This document shows positions 27,815 through 32,000 of a stretch of 32,000 nt of DNA, piece by piece. Numbering within the stretch: the stretch's first letter is position 1; the number at the start of each line of letters is the position of its first letter. The translations under genes were made by a program, and so were the position numbers. Location of the stretch: positions 90,001 through 122,000 of the forward strand of contig NZ_OW441264.1 of the NCBI RefSeq assembly GCF_936981045.1. The letters are read 5' to 3'. The notes beneath the pieces are model-generated. The model was given only the letters and a program-made list of their open reading frames with translations, ran no database searches and was not told where the DNA came from. The stretch is from Candidatus Saccharimonadota bacterium (lineage in GTDB: Bacteria; Bacteroidota; Bacteroidia; Cytophagales; Amoebophilaceae).

Positions 27815-28647
27815 GGTTCTGTCGCGTCTATAGTTTTCTTAGTATAGGTTTTTCGTTTAAGTCAAATTTTGGATATTATGCGGCCATTAAGATAGCAAAG
27901 TTCTCAAAAGTAGAAAGATGATTTTTAGCTCCTCTTACTTGTCCTTTTTGAATCATACGAATGTTTTCTATCCCTGAAATAGTAATGGAAGCAGAATAAA
28001 AATTCTTAAAACCCAGCATAGGTTTTATCCGTTTTTTGATAAACCTATGATCTTGTTCAACTCTATTATTCAAATATTTGTTTTGCAATATTTGAATGGT
28101 ATGATCTTGATCAAGATCTGTATTGATCGCATCAAGGGCAGCTTTATTACTACCGCTTTTGTCAATTACTACTTTCTTAGGAATATTATTTTCTGTGATC
28201 GCCTTTCGAAAAAAAGAAAGCGTTGAAGACTTGTCTCTATGCTCAGATAGAAAAAAGTCAACTGTATCACCATAACGATCTACTGCTCCATATAAATAGA
28301 TCCACTTCCCGTTTAGTTTAACATAGGTTTCATCCATTCTCCAACTACTACCAATTGGTCGTTTTCTTTTTCTTACTGCTTTATCTATCAGAGGAACAAA
28401 CTTAATAACCCATCTCTGTAGCGTAGAATGATCAACTCTTGCACCTCTCACACGCATCATCTCTTCCAAATCTCTATAGCTCAAGGAAAAACGACACTTC
28501 ATGTATACAAATAATAGGATGACTTCTGATGAAGAACAATAACCTTTAAAATATGGTAATAACTCGGGAGAAATATTAAACATAATAACTACTTTTTTAA
28601 ATACCGATACTAAAATAATCATTTTTTAGAATAAACGCGACAGAACC
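27815..28647 (-). mobile_element. IS6-family insertion sequence, full-length copy e (833 bp)
   Basis: It has the same IRs and length as the other copies. The transposase has 4 aa differences (M57V, V89I, R112G, D-to-E). Confidence 0.95.
27876..28622 (-). CDS. IS6-family DDE transposase
   Basis: 248-aa intact ORF. LYRAVD has changed to LYGAVD, next to the second catalytic Asp. Confidence 0.93.
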   Translation of the reverse strand: MIILVSVFKKVVIMFNISPELLPYFKGYCSSSEVILLFVYMKCRFSLSYRDLEEMMRVRGARVDHSTLQRWVIKFVPLIDKAVRKRKRPIGSSWRMDETYVKLNGKWIYLYGAVDRYGDTVDFFLSEHRDKSSTLSFFRKAITENNIPKKVVIDKSGSNKAALDAINTDLDQDHTIQILQNKYLNNRVEQDHRFIKKRIKPMLGFKNFYSASITISGIENIRMIQKGQVRGAKNHLSTFENFAILMAA

Positions 28648-28799
28648 GGTTGGCCTGCTTTATTCATTTTATACCATGTATGCTCTATTTAAAAATAAAA
28701 TCTACAATCTCGAATAGAGGTTATAAAGAAAATAAATGTGTATATTTGAAACGTGCTATGGTATGTTCACAACATATTAAATTAAATGCAAGTAATATC

Positions 28800-29390
28800 A
28801 TGAATAAAAATTTAAACAACTATTTTTATAAACTTGGTTTATTGTTTGCCTCTACATTGTGCATGAATTTTACTAATAAACTAGTCTATTGCTCGTTAAT
28901 ATTTACTTTCTTAATGCTGATCTTAAATTGTATAGCAAAGTGTCATGGTAGCAAAAAGGCTACTATAAGTATAATTTTATGCACATCCACCAGTCTTGCC
29001 TTATTATGTAATAAGCAATATTACATTGCCGGTAAACTTATTAGGGGGCTTATACCAGCCTCTTTATGCGCCATATTGATTGCTTCATACATTGGCTTCA
29101 AACTGTTTTTAAAGCTAAAGGCGCGGTACGGTTTTACGATAAGCAACTGTATCAGTCTATACATCTCTGCACTTGTGGATCATCTTATAATGGGAATATT
29201 TTTCACCAGGATATTTCCTATCCATAAGATTTGGTTGATGATATATAAAGAAACAGCTTATACCTGTCTCTTTACAGTGGTAGTATACCTATGTTCAGTT
29301 ACAGTTTTGTATGCAAAACCGATTTATCGTAAACTTAAGAAGCATTTACATCCATTGGTCTGGTTCTGTCGCGTTTATTCTAAAAAATGA
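28800..29390 (+). CDS. polytopic membrane protein, possibly divergent VUT/YhhQ-type (queuosine-precursor transporter family); 3' end runs into an IS
   Basis: The ORF-track frame is 28650-29390 (TTG start); the first ATG with a sensible N-terminus is at 28800 (MNKNLNNYFYK). It has about 6 TM segments. The segment ...ISLYISALVDHLIMGIFFTRIF...YKETAYTCLFTVVVYLCSVTVLY...KLKK resembles the C-terminal half of YhhQ from memory. The last 9 codons (WFCRVYSKK) are IS6 IRL sequence. Confidence 0.4.
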   Translation: MNKNLNNYFYKLGLLFASTLCMNFTNKLVYCSLIFTFLMLILNCIAKCHGSKKATISIILCTSTSLALLCNKQYYIAGKLIRGLIPASLCAILIASYIGFKLFLKLKARYGFTISNCISLYISALVDHLIMGIFFTRIFPIHKIWLMIYKETAYTCLFTVVVYLCSVTVLYAKPIYRKLKKHLHPLVWFCRVYSKK

Positions 29391-30194
29391 TTATTTTAGT
29401 ATCGGTATTTAAAAAAGTAGTTATTATGTTTAATATTTCTCCCGAGTTATTACCATATTTTAAAGGTTATTGTTCTTCATTAGAAGTCATCCTATTATTT
29501 GTATACATGAAGTGTCGTTTTTCCTTGAGCTATAGAGATTTGGAAGAGATGATGCGTATGAGAGGTGCAAGAGTTGATCATTCTACGCTACAGAGATGGG
29601 TTATTAAGTTTGTTCCTCTGATAGATAAAGCAGTAAGAAAAAGAAAACGACCAATTGGTAGTAGTTGGAGAATGGATGAAACCTATGTTAAACTAAACGG
29701 GAAGTGGATCTATTTATATAGAGCAGTAGATCGTTATGGTGATACAGTTGACTTTTTTCTATCTGATCATAGAGACAAGTCTTCAACGCTTTCTTTTTTT
29801 CGCAAGGCGATCACAGAAAATAATATTCCTAAGAAAGTAGTAATTGACAAAAGCGGTAGTAATAAAGCTGCCCTTGATGCGATCAATACAGATCTTGATC
29901 AAGATCATACCATTCAAATATTTCAAAACAAATATTTGAATAATAGAGTTGAACAAGATCATAGGTTTATCAAAAAACGGATAAAACCTATGCTGGGTTT
30001 TAAGAATTTTTATTCTGCTTCCATTACTATTTCAGGGATAGAAAACATTCGTATGATTCAAAAAGGACAAGTAAGAGGAGCTAAAAATCATCTTTCTACT
30101 TTTGAGAACTTTGCTATCTTAATGGCCGCATAATATCCAAAATTTGACTTAAACGAAAAACCTATACTAAGAAAACTATAGACGCGACAGAACC
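29362..30194 (+). mobile_element. IS6-family insertion sequence, full-length copy f (833 bp)
   Basis: It has the same IRs and length as the other copies and is inverted relative to copy e. Confidence 0.95.
29387..30133 (+). CDS. IS6-family DDE transposase
   Basis: 248-aa intact ORF with 3 aa differences from copy a (S32L, V89I, L-to-F). Confidence 0.95.
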   Translation: MIILVSVFKKVVIMFNISPELLPYFKGYCSSLEVILLFVYMKCRFSLSYRDLEEMMRMRGARVDHSTLQRWVIKFVPLIDKAVRKRKRPIGSSWRMDETYVKLNGKWIYLYRAVDRYGDTVDFFLSDHRDKSSTLSFFRKAITENNIPKKVVIDKSGSNKAALDAINTDLDQDHTIQIFQNKYLNNRVEQDHRFIKKRIKPMLGFKNFYSASITISGIENIRMIQKGQVRGAKNHLSTFENFAILMAA

Positions 30195-30325
30195 GAATGA
30201 CTTCTGCTGAAGAACAATAGCCTTTAAAATAAGGTAATAATTTGGGCGAAATATTAAACATAATAACTACTTTTTCAACTGCAGATACTAAAATAATGAT
30301 TTTTTAGAATAAACGAGACAGAACC
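30195..30325 (-). mobile_element. left-end fragment of sister IS6 variant (V3, with IR)
   Basis: The reverse complement reads GGTTCTGTCTCGTTTATTCTAAAAAATCATTATTTTAGTATCTGCAGTTGAAAAAGTAGTTATTATGTTTAATATTTCGCCCAAATTATTACCTTATTTTAAAGGCTATTGTTCTTCAGCAGAAGTCATTC. Confidence 0.8.
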
Positions 30326-30869
30326 CTAATCCAGCAGATACAGCTACATCAGCTATATTAAAAACAGGAAGGCAATATACATAGTAATTGCCCCAAATGG
30401 GTACCCAACTAGGCATAACGCCAGACCAAAGATCAATATGCAGCATATCAATTACCTGACCATAAAACCACTTCATAGGGGCGTCAGCAGGTGCGTTATT
30501 CAAATATACACCATAAAAAATGCTATCTATACTATTGCCAATAGCGCCTCCTAAAACCAAGGCCCATCCGAAGATCCAAGCAGCAGGTGCATTGCTTCTT
30601 ATAGATTGAATGATATACCCCAAAATAGATAAAGAGGCCAAAGCACGGAACATAGTAATCAATAACTTGCCATACTTAAAACCCAAATGGATACTAAAAG
30701 CCATTCCAGCATTTAAAGTATAGGTAAGCTTCAAGACATTGCCCAAAAGATTAATTTGCCCATCTGTCCCCATTGCCATATGGGTGTGCACCCAAAGTTT
30801 AAACGCTTGGTCTGCCAAGATAATCAACCATACAATAGAAAAATATTTTATAAACTGCTTCATATACAC
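30288..30869 (-). CDS. lspA: lipoprotein signal peptidase (signal peptidase II), paralog 1 with IS-derived C-terminal tail
   Basis: 193 aa. It has ILADQAFKLWV, GGAIGNSIDSIFYG, VIDMLH and FNIADVAV, so the LspA Asp motifs are retained. The last ~11 codons (FCLVYSKKSLF) are encoded by the V3 IS end. Confidence 0.85.
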   Translation of the reverse strand: MYMKQFIKYFSIVWLIILADQAFKLWVHTHMAMGTDGQINLLGNVLKLTYTLNAGMAFSIHLGFKYGKLLITMFRALASLSILGYIIQSIRSNAPAAWIFGWALVLGGAIGNSIDSIFYGVYLNNAPADAPMKWFYGQVIDMLHIDLWSGVMPSWVPIWGNYYVYCLPVFNIADVAVSAGLGFCLVYSKKSLF

Positions 30870-30896
30870 AAATTTTTATACGATAAGATCCATTAC

Positions 30897-31487
30897 TTAA
30901 TCCTTTTTTTTCGATAGAGCCAATGTACTAAAAGAACAAAAAACAAGCCCTAATCCGAGAAAAATAGCCAGGTCTGCTATATTGAAAATAGGTAAAATGC
31001 AGACCTCTTTTCCTCCCCAAATAGGTACCCAATGGGGCATAAGACCAGACCAAAAATCAACATAGAGCATATCAATTACCTGACCATGAAACCACTTCAT
31101 AGGCGCTATGTCGGGTGCATTATTTAAATAAACACCATAAAAAATACTATCAATGGTATTGCCCATAGCACCTCCTAAAAGCAATACCCATCCCCAAATC
31201 CAAAGCGCAGGGGATGACTGAGCCAGTGATTGAACAATATGAAGTGCAATATAAAACGAAGCAAAAAGACGCACAAAGGTGATCAATAGTTTTCCATACT
31301 TAAAGCCAAATTGCAACCCAAAAGCCATGCCATAGTTCAGAACATAGGTCAACTTAAATAGGTTGCCAAATATTTTAATCTGGTGATCTAGACCTAACTC
31401 CATATGACTATATACCCAAAGCTTGCATCCTTGATCTGCAAGAATGATCAATAACAATACTAAAATGTATTTTCCATACCGCTTCAT
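30897..31487 (-). CDS. lspA: lipoprotein signal peptidase (signal peptidase II), paralog 2
   Basis: 196 aa. It has ILADQGCKLWV, GGAMGNTIDSIFYG, VIDMLY and FNIADLAI. It is about two-thirds identical to paralog 1 by eye. Confidence 0.9.
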   Translation of the reverse strand: MKRYGKYILVLLLIILADQGCKLWVYSHMELGLDHQIKIFGNLFKLTYVLNYGMAFGLQFGFKYGKLLITFVRLFASFYIALHIVQSLAQSSPALWIWGWVLLLGGAMGNTIDSIFYGVYLNNAPDIAPMKWFHGQVIDMLYVDFWSGLMPHWVPIWGGKEVCILPIFNIADLAIFLGLGLVFCSFSTLALSKKKD

Positions 31488-31529
31488 GATACAATAACGT
31501 GTAATATATTTTTACAAGATTAAATGGGC

Positions 31530-32000
31530 TTAGGTTACGCTTTTTTGAGGAACATGCTCATGGTAAGTCTTATTGCTTTTCTGTAGTGGAATGCGCAATA
31601 AAATATACAAACTATAACCAAAAGCATGGTCAAATGCTGCCAAGCCAAAACCTGGGATATCAAATGGCAAAGCATATACATTATCTTTTATTAAATTATT
31701 TGCTATTCTTTTACCGAACTTGTAGCGAGCGGTACAGCCAATAGATAATATATGCATCAGATATACCTTTCCGCCTGCTACAATTTCCCACCAATGGGCT
31801 ATGGCACTACTTTTTATATCCCGAAGAAACGGAGGAGGAAGGATACACTGCTTATCGCAACCTTTATCTCGTGGGTGGTTGCACTGAAACTTATCACTCT
31901 TTAGTTGAAAACCCAAAAAGCTTCTGGCATAACGGAAGCCTATAAAAAATTGATTGTGATCTGCAGTGGATGTCAAAAAATTATACCCTAAGCCCATTCT
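31530..32000 (-). CDS. hypothetical protein (probably 5'-incomplete at the window end)
   Basis: The 155-aa ORF starts at 31997, but the frame is still open at the window edge. The beta-rich pattern (FFIGFRYARSFLGFQLK) hints at an outer-membrane protein. I recognise no family. Confidence 0.45.
   Translation of the reverse strand, partial: RMGLGYNFLTSTADHNQFFIGFRYARSFLGFQLKSDKFQCNHPRDKGCDKQCILPPPFLRDIKSSAIAHWWEIVAGGKVYLMHILSIGCTARYKFGKRIANNLIKDNVYALPFDIPGFGLAAFDHAFGYSLYILLRIPLQKSNKTYHEHVPQKSVT

Noticed and set aside
7590-30325. The recurrent short motif GGTTCTGTCGCG / CGCGACAGAACC at many positions. Could it be a CRISPR-like or REP array?
   Set aside because: The occurrences are the terminal inverted repeats of IS6-family copies and their remnants. 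Their spacing is irregular and there is no repeat-spacer periodicity. No CRISPR array is present in the window.

Overview
This is an AT-rich (about mid-30s % GC by eye) Bacteroidota-type chromosome segment. The 16S rRNA gene, the lack of Shine-Dalgarno sequences and the very heavy IS load point to an obligate intracellular Cytophagales-like symbiont, probably Candidatus Amoebophilus-like; this is inference, no search was run. Housekeeping genes (topA, 16S rRNA, ychF, a PUR-like protein, ferredoxin, greA, rpsT, radC, typA, cvpA, two lspA paralogs, a short GT5 glycogen-synthase-like gene) sit between large amounts of mobile DNA. That DNA comprises five full-length 833-bp IS6-family copies (one decayed), one 5'-truncated copy, three left-end fragments of a sister IS6 variant, two solo IRs and three IS256-family remnants. 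It also includes four copies of a 240-bp MITE and two copies of a hairpin-type MITE. The stand-out is an orphan 1,533-aa ORF (23162-27763, minus) whose N- and C-termini look like a contractile-injection-system (Afp14/Pvc14-type) tape-measure protein. No other CIS gene lies within 32 kb, and the ORF is bracketed by directly repeated IS6 copies. Other notable points: the 16S 3' end has lost the CCUCC anti-SD core and is unlinked to any 23S; two identical 240-bp MITE copies form a near-perfect 567-bp palindrome; a CPBP protease gene is split at an A9 tract; a 308-bp tandem duplication at the greA 5' end carries small hydrophobic ORFs; several genes have IS-derived C-termini; and no IS copy has target-site duplications.
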